DNA of 64,000 bases from Vulcanimicrobiota bacterium. Lineage in GTDB: Bacteria > Vulcanimicrobiota > Vulcanimicrobiia > Vulcanimicrobiales > Vulcanimicrobiaceae. A model generated the notes under the pieces. The model was not told the origin of the DNA. It was given only the letters and a program-made list of their open reading frames with translations, and made no database searches. This document shows positions 31,227-40,242 of this stretch, piece after piece. Position 1 is the stretch's first letter. Every line of letters begins with the position of its first letter. The position numbers and the translations under genes are program-made. The DNA is taken from positions 3,783 through 67,782 of the forward strand of contig DAHUZB010000025.1 in NCBI GenBank assembly GCA_027306785.1. The letters are read 5' to 3'.

Positions 31227-32132
31227 ATGAATGCATACATGGAGATTCGCCAGCTCCGCTACGCCGTCGCGATCGCCAAGCGCCTGAACTTCACCCAGGC
31301 GGCGGAGGCGCTTGCCGTAGCACAGCCCGCCCTCTCGCAACAGATCGCCGCGCTCGAGCGGGAGCTCGGGGTGCGCCTCTTCGACCGCACCAATCGGCGC
31401 GTCTCGCTCACCGATGCGGGGCGGGCCCTCGTCGCGCGAGCGGAACGCATCTTGGCGGAGCTCGATGCCGCCGCCGAGGAGATGACCGCGTACGCCGGGG
31501 GTCTGCGCGGCCGCGTGGTCGTGGGCACCTACCAGTCGTTTGCCGAGTACATGCTGCCGAAGCTACTCGGCCGCTTTCACAAAGAGCATCCCGGCATCGA
31601 GATCGCGCTGCGCGAGGGGATGGCCGACGAGCTGCTCGCGGGGCTGCTCGACGGCACGATCGACGTCTTCATCGGGCACCTGCACGAAACGCGCTACGCC
31701 GACGATCCCACCCTCGTCGACGAACCGCTCTACGAAGATGAACTCGTGCTAGCGGTCGGCGGCGGGCATCGCTTGGCCGGGCGCAGCGCGGTGCGCTTCG
31801 AAGAGTTGCGCGACGAAGCGTTCGTGATCTTTCGCCCCGGCTCGTCGATCACGAATCGCTTGAACTCGCTCTCGCGTGCCGCTGGATTCACGCCGCACGT
31901 CGCGTTCGAGAGCGTGGATTCACTCACCGTGCGGGCGCTCGTGGCCGAAGGGTTGGGCGTCGCGCTCTTTCCGCGCTTGCTCGGCAACACGCCGGGGCCC
32001 AACGTCGCGCTGCTCTCGATCGAACCGGGCCCGGTGATTCGCCGCATGTCGCTCGTGATGCGCCGCGCATCGTACGGCGCATCGGCGGAACGATTCATCG
32101 CCTTTCTTCGCGAACAGATGGCGGAACTATGA
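31227..32132 (+). CDS. LysR-family transcriptional regulator
   Basis: HTH sequence FTQAAEALAVAQPALSQQIAALE. It is divergent from the MFS gene. A start at ATG 31239 (MEIRQLRY) is equally plausible. Confidence 0.88.
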   Translation: MNAYMEIRQLRYAVAIAKRLNFTQAAEALAVAQPALSQQIAALERELGVRLFDRTNRRVSLTDAGRALVARAERILAELDAAAEEMTAYAGGLRGRVVVGTYQSFAEYMLPKLLGRFHKEHPGIEIALREGMADELLAGLLDGTIDVFIGHLHETRYADDPTLVDEPLYEDELVLAVGGGHRLAGRSAVRFEELRDEAFVIFRPGSSITNRLNSLSRAAGFTPHVAFESVDSLTVRALVAEGLGVALFPRLLGNTPGPNVALLSIEPGPVIRRMSLVMRRASYGASAERFIAFLREQMAEL

Positions 32133-32839
32133 CGGCACGATCCACGGCTCTCGCATCACTCGAACGGCGGGTCGTGCGCTGCACGCGCTGTCCGGAATTG
32201 CGCGCGTACTGCGCGCAGGTGGCACGCGAGAAGAAGCGCGCGTATGCGGATCAGTCGTACTGGGGCAAACCGGTGCCGGGCTTCGGCGATCCGCGCGCAC
32301 GGGTGGTGCTCGTCGGGCTCGCGCCCGGTGCGCACGGCAGCAATCGCACGGGACGCCCGTTCACCGGCGACGCATCGGGCGATTTCTTATACCCGGCGCT
32401 CTATCGCGCAGGCTTCGCCTCGCAGTCGAACGCGACCGATCGCGACGACGGCATGGAATTGCGCGACTGTTTCATCACCGCCGCCGGGCGCTGCGCGCCG
32501 CCGCAGAACAAACCGACGCCACAACAATTGCGCAACTGCTTTCCCTATCTGCTCGAAGAGCTCGATGCGCTCACGCACACACGCGTGATGATCGGCCTCG
32601 GCAAGATCGGCTTCGACGCGATTCTCACGGCGCTGCGCGAGCGCGGTTTCTCACTCGAACCCGAGCGCCCGAAATTCGGTCACGGCGTCACGGTCGAAGC
32701 AACACTCGGCAAGCGCCGCATCACCGCGATCGCGTCGTATCATCCGAGCCGCCAAAACACGAACACCGGCGTGCTCACCGCGCCGATGTTCGACGCGATC
32801 TTCAGCGCGGCGAAGGCGACGGTGACGGCGACGCGATGA
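32129..32839 (+). CDS. Uracil-DNA glycosylase, family 4/5 type
   Basis: Motifs GLAPGAHGSNRTGRPFTGD and SYHPS. ATGA overlap with the LysR stop. Confidence 0.85.
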   Translation: MTARSTALASLERRVVRCTRCPELRAYCAQVAREKKRAYADQSYWGKPVPGFGDPRARVVLVGLAPGAHGSNRTGRPFTGDASGDFLYPALYRAGFASQSNATDRDDGMELRDCFITAAGRCAPPQNKPTPQQLRNCFPYLLEELDALTHTRVMIGLGKIGFDAILTALRERGFSLEPERPKFGHGVTVEATLGKRRITAIASYHPSRQNTNTGVLTAPMFDAIFSAAKATVTATR

Positions 32840-33185
32840 TCGGGCGGCCGCACATATCGGTGAGACGCGCCAGGCCCCACTTGTACTGACGCATCTGCGT
32901 GCGCGTGTCGGGGCGCGGCGTGCCGAAGAACTTGACCGCGTCGGCATACGCCGCGGCGCGCGCATCGGCATTCGGCGCGTTCACGACGACGATCGAGGCG
33001 GGCGTCGCGTCGAGATTGGCCTGCACCACGAGCTGTGCGCCGTCGAGAACCAGTTCGCGCACTTCGCACGATGCAAGCGGCGCGGGCGACGCACTCGGTG
33101 CCGGGGACGCGCTGCTCTGCGCGTGCGCACCGCTGCACGCGGTGAGCGCGATCAGTGCTGCTGGAACGAAACCACGCGCCCGCAC
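32802..33185 (-). CDS. Hypothetical lipoprotein
   Basis: Signal peptide with lipobox LTAC, Ser/Pro/Ala linker, and two Cys residues (SCEV.. and ..MCGRPI). Confidence 0.45.
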   Translation of the reverse strand: MRARGFVPAALIALTACSGAHAQSSASPAPSASPAPLASCEVRELVLDGAQLVVQANLDATPASIVVVNAPNADARAAAYADAVKFFGTPRPDTRTQMRQYKWGLARLTDMCGRPIIASPSPSPSPR

Positions 33186-33583
33186 GAGTCGACTCCCTTG
33201 TCCGGCACCTGCAAATTCGATCCGGGAACCTTACGGAACGAGGTGATCTGCAGCGGCGGCGCGTTGGCGCCCTCGGGACCGTAGCGCTTTTCGAGCGCCA
33301 GGCGCACCGCATCGGCATCCAACGGGTTCATGTGGCGCTGATCGAAGACGTAGCGCTGCACGGCGCCGTTTTTCGCGAACTGCACCGTCACGTTGACCCC
33401 GCGGTCGCCGTGGATCACCTGTTGACCGCACGGCGGACCCGCCATAGCGGCGCCTCCGGCCGTCCCGGCGCTCGCGGCCGTCATCCCCTGCGCGGCCGAT
33501 CCCGAACCCGACGAGACGGGCGCGTGCGAACAGGCCGCCAACACGGCGGACGCGAGCAAACAGGCGAGAAGTCGAACTCTCAC
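33152..33583 (-). CDS. Hypothetical lipoprotein
   Basis: Signal peptide with lipobox LAAC, Gly/Ser/Ala linker, and two Cys residues (PCGQ.. and ..SCGRVV). Confidence 0.5.
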   Translation of the reverse strand: MRVRLLACLLASAVLAACSHAPVSSGSGSAAQGMTAASAGTAGGAAMAGPPCGQQVIHGDRGVNVTVQFAKNGAVQRYVFDQRHMNPLDADAVRLALEKRYGPEGANAPPLQITSFRKVPGSNLQVPDKGVDSCGRVVSFQQH

Positions 33584-33590
33584 CCTTCGG

Positions 33591-35360
33591 TTATCGGTCC
33601 GAATCGGGCGCGGGTGCCGTACTCGCCAGGTAAAGATCGCGCAAAAGCCGCTCCGGCACCGGGGTGGGGGCGTCCATCATCAGATCGCGGCCCACCTGGT
33701 TCTTCGGGAAGGCGATCACTTCGCGGATGTTCTCCTCACCGCAGGCGAGCATCACGATGCGATCGACGCCGAGCGCCATGCCGCCGTGCGGCGGCGCGCC
33801 GTATTCGAGCGCCCGCACGAAGAAGCCGAAGCGATCCTCGATCTGCTCCGCGGTCATGCCGAGCATTTCGAAGATCTTGCGCTGCAGCTCGGGTTTGTGA
33901 ATGCGGATCGAGCCCGAGCCCAGCTCGAAGCCGTTGAGCACCATGTCGTAGTGCTGCGCGCGCATCTTCAGCGGCTCGGTATCGATGAGCGCCCACTGAT
34001 CTTCGCCCGGCGACGTGAACGGATGGTGTGCCGGCACCGGCACGCCCGTCTCTTCGTCGATCTCGAGATACGGAAAATCGAGCACCCAACAGAACGCGTA
34101 TTGCTTGGGATCGCGCAGGCCGCAGCGCTCGCCGATGAGGTTGCGCATCTTGCCCGCCACCGCGAGCGCGATCGCGCGCGCATCGGCGAAGAGCAGGATC
34201 GCATCGCCCGTCTCGGCGCCGGTCGCTTCGCGCAGCTTCGCCACGTGCTCGTCGGAGATGAACTTCGCCGCCGACGATTTCACGCCGTCGGCGCCGAGCG
34301 CGATCCACACCATACCCTTAGCACCGAATTGCTTGGCGTCTTCGGTGAGCGCATCGAAATCGCGGCGCGAGAGCGAGGCGCCCTGCGGATAGCGCAGCGC
34401 GACGATCTTGCCGTCGCTCTCGATCACCGACTTGAAGACGACGAAATCGGTTCCCGTAAACACATCGTTCACGTGCGCGAGTTCGAGTCCGAAGCGCAGG
34501 TCGGGTTTATCGAGACCGAAGCGATTCATCGCCTCTTCGTGCGAGAGGCGCGGGAACGGCGCGAGGTCGGTACCGAGGCACGTCTTCCACACGTGGCGGA
34601 TGCACGACTCCATCGTCTCGAGCACGTCTTCTTGCGAAGCGAACGACATCTCGACGTCGACCTGCGTGAATTCCGGCTGACGATCGGCGCGCAGATCTTC
34701 GTCGCGCATGCAGCGCGCGATCTGCATGTAGCGCCCGAACCCGGCGATCATCGAAATCTGCTTGAGCAGCTGCGGCGATTGCGGCAGCGCGTAGAACGTG
34801 CCCGGATGCAGGCGCGAGGGCACGAGATAATCGCGCGCGCCTTCGGGCGTGCTCTTGATGAGCATCGGCGTCTCGATCTCGATGAACTCGCGCGCGTCGA
34901 AGTAGTCGCGCATCGCCTTGACGATCTTGTGACGCATGCGCAGATTGCGCTGCAGCTTGGGACGGCGCAAATCGAGGTAGCGATACTCCAGACGCAGGTT
35001 CTCGTCGACGTCGCCTTCGGTATTGATCTGGAACGGCGGCACCTGCGAGCGGTTCAGCACCTCGAGCGCATCCACGCCCACTTCCACCGCGCCGGTGGGG
35101 AGCTGCGGATTCTCGGTGCCGGCCGGGCGCGCGCGCACGATGCCGATCACGCGCAGCACGTCCTCGTGACGCAGATGCTCGGCCTCTTTGAAGCTCGGAT
35201 GCTGCGGATCGAAGACGATCTGCGTGATGCCGTCGCGATCGCGCAGATCGACGAAGATCAGTCCGCCGTGGTCGCGGCGACGGTTCACCCAGCCGTTGAG
35301 TTCGACGGATGTTCCGGCATCGGCGGCGCGAAGGGCTCCGCAAGAAAAGCGCGTGGTCAC
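33591..35360 (-). CDS. aspS: Aspartyl-tRNA synthetase
   Basis: Class II motifs (FRDEDLRADRQPEFTQVD, GGMALGVDR). The GTG start (complement 35358-35360) is preceded by AGGAGA and forms a GTGA overlap with the upstream GT2 stop. The 736-aa track ORF is over-extended. Confidence 0.93.
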   Translation of the reverse strand: MTTRFSCGALRAADAGTSVELNGWVNRRRDHGGLIFVDLRDRDGITQIVFDPQHPSFKEAEHLRHEDVLRVIGIVRARPAGTENPQLPTGAVEVGVDALEVLNRSQVPPFQINTEGDVDENLRLEYRYLDLRRPKLQRNLRMRHKIVKAMRDYFDAREFIEIETPMLIKSTPEGARDYLVPSRLHPGTFYALPQSPQLLKQISMIAGFGRYMQIARCMRDEDLRADRQPEFTQVDVEMSFASQEDVLETMESCIRHVWKTCLGTDLAPFPRLSHEEAMNRFGLDKPDLRFGLELAHVNDVFTGTDFVVFKSVIESDGKIVALRYPQGASLSRRDFDALTEDAKQFGAKGMVWIALGADGVKSSAAKFISDEHVAKLREATGAETGDAILLFADARAIALAVAGKMRNLIGERCGLRDPKQYAFCWVLDFPYLEIDEETGVPVPAHHPFTSPGEDQWALIDTEPLKMRAQHYDMVLNGFELGSGSIRIHKPELQRKIFEMLGMTAEQIEDRFGFFVRALEYGAPPHGGMALGVDRIVMLACGEENIREVIAFPKNQVGRDLMMDAPTPVPERLLRDLYLASTAPAPDSDR

Positions 35361-36253
35361 GTGGTCTCCTTCAGGGCGTCTTTGATTCCCGATACGTAGT
35401 AATACTGTTGCACCAGATCGCGCGCGAATTTCGAGTTCTTCGCGCGTGCGTCGAAATAGCCGAGCAGCGTCGGCATCCGCGTGAGCAGGCCGTGCAGACC
35501 GAGCGAGATCGGCGTCATGCCGAGATTCAACTGCACGGCGAAATCCGGGTGCTTGCGATAGAAGCGCACGGTCGAACGCCCGGCGAGCTTCATCTTCTCT
35601 TTTTGATCGTCGTGCGGCACGTCTTGGCAGTGATAGTTCACGGCCTTCGGTTCGTAGAGGATCGTGATGCCCGCACGCTCCAGGCGATAGCCGAGCTCGA
35701 GATCCTCGTGTCCGTAGCCGGTAAAGTTCTCGTCGAAGCGACCGACGCGCAGCAGATCCTCGCGGCGCACCGAAGCGTTGCCGGTGAGAAAGTAGAGCCA
35801 CGGCAGACGCTTGCGCGTGGGCTTGTGCAGCGATCCGCGCGCTTCGGGATGATCGCGCTTGTACGCGTAATTCTCGAGGTCTTTCACCTGCACTTCCAAT
35901 CCCACGACCGCGATCTTGGTGCGTTCGCGATGGTGCCGCAGATGCTGCGAGAGCAGATCGGGCGATGCGAGGATGTCGGCGTCGTTGAAGAGCACCACCT
36001 CGCCGCGCGCGGCGTCGATACCGGCGTTGCGCGCCATCGCGCGGCCGCTGTACGGGCCCGGCAAATGACGCACGTTCGGATGCTCGGCGTGCACCTTCGC
36101 GAGATACTCGGCGGTGCCGTCGGTCGAGTTGGAGTCGCAGACGAGCAACTCGAACTCGCTCGCGGGCAGATCCTGCGCGAGCAATGTCGGGATTACGTGT
36201 TGCAGCGTCTCCAACCGGTTATAGGTCGGAATGACGACCGAGAGTGCTGTCAT
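35357..36253 (-). CDS. Family 2 glycosyltransferase
   Basis: LSVVIPTYNR, ..RNAGI.. and FNDADI motifs. Confidence 0.85.
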   Translation of the reverse strand: MTALSVVIPTYNRLETLQHVIPTLLAQDLPASEFELLVCDSNSTDGTAEYLAKVHAEHPNVRHLPGPYSGRAMARNAGIDAARGEVVLFNDADILASPDLLSQHLRHHRERTKIAVVGLEVQVKDLENYAYKRDHPEARGSLHKPTRKRLPWLYFLTGNASVRREDLLRVGRFDENFTGYGHEDLELGYRLERAGITILYEPKAVNYHCQDVPHDDQKEKMKLAGRSTVRFYRKHPDFAVQLNLGMTPISLGLHGLLTRMPTLLGYFDARAKNSKFARDLVQQYYYVSGIKDALKETT

Positions 36254-37224
36254 CGTCCTAATTCATTCACGCCGCGTACGATCTCCGCGCGGAACCGCGC
36301 GAGCGCGGACTCATCTTCGCGTTCCGGCTTGCGAACGAGCACACTCGGCACGCCGTAGGGCGCCCATTCCTGCGAGTTCAGCCGGAAGTAGCGATGTTCG
36401 AAAGCGACCAGCGTGGGCCTGCGCATCGCGCTTGCGACATGGGTCGCACCGGTATCGACCGTGATCACGCAGCGCGCCCGCTCGAAGAGCGCGACCCAGG
36501 CGTGGAATTCGAGCTGCCGCATCACGGTGTGCCCCGCTTGCTCGAACGGCGCGGCGTACTCGTCGCACTCGGCCGCGCAGCTGAGCACGAGCGGGTACCC
36601 GAGGGCGCGTAGTTCGTCCGCGAGCGCGAGGGTGCTCGCAAGCGTACTGCCGGTCGTAAACCAGCGCTGCCCCAAATGCAGTACGAGCGGCTCGGGCGGA
36701 AGATGCGCGACCGCCGCGCGATCGGCCCCGGTCACGTCGAGCCGCAGGCGCGGAACGCGGGCCGTTGCGCCGCCGAGCGCAACGAGGTCGAGCAGCTGAT
36801 CCACCTCATGCGGCACCACCCGGTCGGGATGTCGTTCGCAGAGTTCGGGATCGGCCACGCTTACCATCATCCGGTTCACGTACAACCGCGCGGTGAGCCG
36901 CGCCACCCAACGCCGCTGATAGGTGTAGCCCACCCGCACCCGCGCGCGCGTGGCGCCGACCAGTTGCAGATCGGTTGCCCGCGGCGCGAGCGCGATCGCG
37001 AGATCGTAGTCGCGAAAGCGCGCGCCGAACACGCCGCCCTTTACGCCGCGCGGAAGATCGACGAGTTCGTCCACGTCGTCGTTGCGCTCCATCACCACGC
37101 GGTTGTACGGACTCGTCACCATCGTCACGTGCGCATCGGGAAACGACGCGCGTACCGTCGCAATCGCCGGCGTGGAGAGAATCAAATCGCCGATGCGATC
37201 GGTGCGCGAGAGCAGAATCTTCAT
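36250..37224 (-). CDS. Family 9 glycosyltransferase (heptosyltransferase-like)
   Basis: MKILLSRTDRIGDLILSTPA and the C-terminal ..TVDTGATHVASA.. are typical of GT9. Confidence 0.8.
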   Translation of the reverse strand: MKILLSRTDRIGDLILSTPAIATVRASFPDAHVTMVTSPYNRVVMERNDDVDELVDLPRGVKGGVFGARFRDYDLAIALAPRATDLQLVGATRARVRVGYTYQRRWVARLTARLYVNRMMVSVADPELCERHPDRVVPHEVDQLLDLVALGGATARVPRLRLDVTGADRAAVAHLPPEPLVLHLGQRWFTTGSTLASTLALADELRALGYPLVLSCAAECDEYAAPFEQAGHTVMRQLEFHAWVALFERARCVITVDTGATHVASAMRRPTLVAFEHRYFRLNSQEWAPYGVPSVLVRKPEREDESALARFRAEIVRGVNELGR

Positions 37225-37231
37225 ACGCGCA

Positions 37232-38134
37232 TTATCGTGCGGCGTGCAGCGCCGATTCGAGCTCTTCGAAGTAGGCCTCGTTCGCCAAACCGCGCGCGGC
37301 GCGCAATTCGCTATCGCTCAGCGCGCGATCGCCGGAGAGATCGCCGAGCGCGGCGCGATAGCGCTCGGCCCCGTGTCGCGCGCGCAGCACGTTGTGCAGC
37401 GCGCGCTGCACCGGATTGATGCCGGTCGCGAGGTAGGTGCGCCAGTGCGGATGGATCTTCGCCAACTGCACGGCGGTGCGCGCCTGCGCGCGCGCCTGCT
37501 TCACCATCTTTTCCACGTTGCCGCTGCGCGGGCGCGGCTTCCAGTGATAGACGAGGGCGTGTTTGTTGAAAACCGCCTTCACGCCGCCGAAACGCAGGCG
37601 CAGGCCGACATCGATATCTTCCCAGCCGTATTCGGAGAACGACTCGTTGAAGCCGCCGATCGCGCGGATCGTGGCGAGCGGCACCGAGACGTTGGTCGTC
37701 CAGAAATAGTTCGCGCTGTAGTCCTTGATGCTCCACACCGGCGGCGGAAGGTCGTCGAAGCTCTCGACGTTGATCGCGCCGCCGCGTACGATCGCCTTGG
37801 GGTGCGCATCGTGCGAGCGCAGGTGTTCTTCCACGAAGTTCGGCAGCGGCAGCACGTCGTCGTCGATGAAGATGATCCGCTCGCCCTGCGCGCGCGCGAT
37901 GCCCGCGTTACGACCCTTCGCAAGCCCGGAATTCTTCTGATCGATCACCTCGAAGCGGCACGTCGCGCGCAGCTGCGCGCGCGCGATCACTTCGGGCGTG
38001 TTGTCGGGCGACCCGTCGTTCACGAGCACGACTTCGTAGCTGTCGGCAGGCACGGTCTGCTCGAAACACGCATCGAGCACGCGCTCGAGGAGCGCGGCCC
38101 GATTGTAGGTGCAGAGCTGAATGGTGGCACGCAT
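37232..38134 (-). CDS. Family 2 glycosyltransferase
   Basis: QLCTYNR, VLVNDGSPD, GRNAGI and IDDD motifs. Confidence 0.85.
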   Translation of the reverse strand: MRATIQLCTYNRAALLERVLDACFEQTVPADSYEVVLVNDGSPDNTPEVIARAQLRATCRFEVIDQKNSGLAKGRNAGIARAQGERIIFIDDDVLPLPNFVEEHLRSHDAHPKAIVRGGAINVESFDDLPPPVWSIKDYSANYFWTTNVSVPLATIRAIGGFNESFSEYGWEDIDVGLRLRFGGVKAVFNKHALVYHWKPRPRSGNVEKMVKQARAQARTAVQLAKIHPHWRTYLATGINPVQRALHNVLRARHGAERYRAALGDLSGDRALSDSELRAARGLANEAYFEELESALHAAR

Positions 38135-38185
38135 CGCGGATCAGCCTTCTACGCGCTTACGCGGAGCCCCCGGCCCCGCGCGCCG

Positions 38186-39352
38186 CTACAGCGCTCGCGC
38201 CGCCGCGACGATGCGAGGAACGTCGAGGTGCGCGATGCAGGCGTAATCGCGACAGTTCTCCTTGGTATCGCCGGGGTGGCACGGGTAGCTCGGGCGCACG
38301 ATCGCGGTGCGTTCGCCCGCCGGTGCCCAGCGATCGGGAAAGTCGCTTCGGAACGGAAAGATGCCAACGGTCGGAGCGCCCACGGCGGCGGCGACGTGCA
38401 TCGATCCCGTGGTGATGCCGACGAAGAGCCGCGCCTGCGCGGCGAGCGCACCGAACGCGCCGATGCTCGTCGCCCCGGCAATGTCGTAGATCGCCCCCTT
38501 CGACAAGCTCAGGGTGACACACTCACCCCGCCCACCCCGCACGCCCGTGTCATCCGGCGCGCCCGCGTCATCCGGCGCGCCCATGTCATCCGGCGCGTCC
38601 ATGTCATCCGGCACGCCCGTGTCATCCGGCGCGCCCGTGTCATCCGGCGCGCCCGTGTCATCCTGAGCTTGTCGAAGGAGGGCGGCGTTGATGGGGGCGT
38701 CGGCGGGGGAGCCGCTGATCAGGACCGGCAGCGCGAAGGTGTCGCGGAGCGCGCGCGCGAGCGCGGCCCAGCCCTGCACGGGCCAGATACCGCGCTTGGG
38801 CGCCTCGGCGTTGGTGGGGTGCAGGATCACGTAACCGCCCTTCGCCAGGCCCAGCTCGGCGCGTAGCGCGTCGGCCTCGCGCTCATCCTGCGCGGTGGGG
38901 ACGAAGCGCGGGCGACGATCGGCGGTGTCGCAACCCAACGCACGCGCGTAGTCGAGTTGGATGTCGCCCCAATGCGACGCGGTATCGCCGCGCTCGCTGC
39001 GCACCGCCACCCGTTTGGTGAAGCGAAACGAGTACAGGCGGCGCGCCTGCCCCACACGCACCGGAATGCGCGCGAGCTGCGGCACCTTGGCCGTGCGCGC
39101 CGTCGCCCACGTCACCACGCAGGCATCGTAGCCGCGTTCGCGCAGCGTCGCGGCGAGCGCGCGTTCGTCGCCGCCGTCGTCAACGAGCACCGCATCGAGA
39201 TCGGGCACACGTTCGAGCGTGGCGCGATGGCCGGGCAGCGTAAGTGCGTCGACCGCGTCGTATTTCTCGCGCAACGCGCGCGCGACCACGCTCGAGACGA
39301 GCGAATCGCCGATGCCGCCGCCCGCGCAGTAGAGCAGCGCGCGACCGCTCAC
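38186..39352 (-). CDS. Family 9 glycosyltransferase carrying an in-frame repeat-derived insertion
   Basis: GT9 hallmarks (CAGGGIGDSLVSS.., ..GITTGSMHVAAAVGAPTVGIFP) are interrupted at about aa 223-286 by RQAQDD(TGAPDD)n..GECVTLSLSKG. Confidence 0.75.
   Translation of the reverse strand: MSGRALLYCAGGGIGDSLVSSVVARALREKYDAVDALTLPGHRATLERVPDLDAVLVDDGGDERALAATLRERGYDACVVTWATARTAKVPQLARIPVRVGQARRLYSFRFTKRVAVRSERGDTASHWGDIQLDYARALGCDTADRRPRFVPTAQDEREADALRAELGLAKGGYVILHPTNAEAPKRGIWPVQGWAALARALRDTFALPVLISGSPADAPINAALLRQAQDDTGAPDDTGAPDDTGVPDDMDAPDDMGAPDDAGAPDDTGVRGGRGECVTLSLSKGAIYDIAGATSIGAFGALAAQARLFVGITTGSMHVAAAVGAPTVGIFPFRSDFPDRWAPAGERTAIVRPSYPCHPGDTKENCRDYACIAHLDVPRIVAAARAL
38496..38682. repeat. 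Inverted pair of the dispersed repeat motif (copies C and D) enclosing a tandem array, inside the GT9 coding sequence
   Basis: CCCTTCGACAAGCTCAGGGTGACAC (38496-38520) and GTGTCATCCTGAGCTTGTCGAAGGAGG (38655-38682) are reverse complements at 24 of 25 positions. Confidence 0.7.
38549..38656. repeat. Tandem repeat, 6 copies of 18 bp (GTCATCCGGCGCGCCCGT consensus)
   Basis: The units start at 38549, 38567, 38585, 38603, 38621 and 38639, with 0-3 substitutions each. They encode DDTGAP-type hexapeptides in the GT9 frame. Confidence 0.9.
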
Positions 39353-40224
39353 GCCTCGTCGAGCGCGCGCACGAGCTCGCGCGTGTACATGCCGTCGAGA
39401 AACTGCGAGCGCGCGAACGCGCGCAACGCCGCGGGTGTATCATCGCTCGTCGCGAGTCCCGCGTAAAGCGCGAGCAGCGAATCGGGCAGCAGATACTTGC
39501 CGCGCAGCAGATTCAACCGATGGGCGCCCGTCGCCATGCGCGCGCGCGGCGAGGGCTGCTTGTCGAGAAAGCGCCGCGCCATGCGTGCTTTCTCCATCGC
39601 CTTGCGCGTCTCGACTTCGAGCGTGTTCTCGGTCGGCGGCTTGATGTGCCAGATATAGGCGTCCCACGCGAACTTCCAGCGCATGCCCGCTTCACGCAGG
39701 CGCACGCCGAGTTCGGTATCTTCCCAGCCGTACAAGCGAAACTCTTCGTCGAATCCGCCGACCGCGTCGAGTGCGTGCTTGGGCACCGACACGTTGCACG
39801 TGCAGAGAAACGCGCGCGAATAGTTGGCCGGAATCGGCTTCGGGCGGTCCTCGTAACCGCGCACGTTGAGGATCGGTCCGTTCACCACCAGATTGGTGGT
39901 GGAGTGCGCCGCTTCGTGCGCCGCGAGGAATCCCGGCGGCATCTGCACGTCGTCGTCGACGAAGAGCACGAGAAAGCCGCTCGCTTCGCGGATGCCCGCG
40001 TTGCGTGCCTTGCCGCGGTTGGGTTCGGGCTCGTAGACGTACGTCACGGGAAAGAGCCCGCGCGCGCTTGCGCGCTCGGCGACGCCCTTGGTGTCGTCGG
40101 TCGAGCCGTTGTCGACCACGATCGCTTCAAAGGACGGCGCGCCGATCTGATGCTCGAGCGAGGCGAGCGCCCGTTCGAGATAGTTCGCCCGGTCCTTGGT
40201 AGCGATGACGATCGAGATACGCAT
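39349..40224 (-). CDS. Family 2 glycosyltransferase
   Basis: ISIVIATKDR, VVDNGSTDDT, ARNAGI and FVDDDV motifs. Confidence 0.85.
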   Translation of the reverse strand: MRISIVIATKDRANYLERALASLEHQIGAPSFEAIVVDNGSTDDTKGVAERASARGLFPVTYVYEPEPNRGKARNAGIREASGFLVLFVDDDVQMPPGFLAAHEAAHSTTNLVVNGPILNVRGYEDRPKPIPANYSRAFLCTCNVSVPKHALDAVGGFDEEFRLYGWEDTELGVRLREAGMRWKFAWDAYIWHIKPPTENTLEVETRKAMEKARMARRFLDKQPSPRARMATGAHRLNLLRGKYLLPDSLLALYAGLATSDDTPAALRAFARSQFLDGMYTRELVRALDEA

Positions 40225-40242
40225 GATGCTGTCGATACCGTC

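Noticed and set aside
38549-38656. Whether the 18-bp tandem array is a CRISPR array.
   Set aside because: The units are directly adjacent with no spacers, the period is only 18 bp, the array lies inside an open reading frame, and no cas genes are present.
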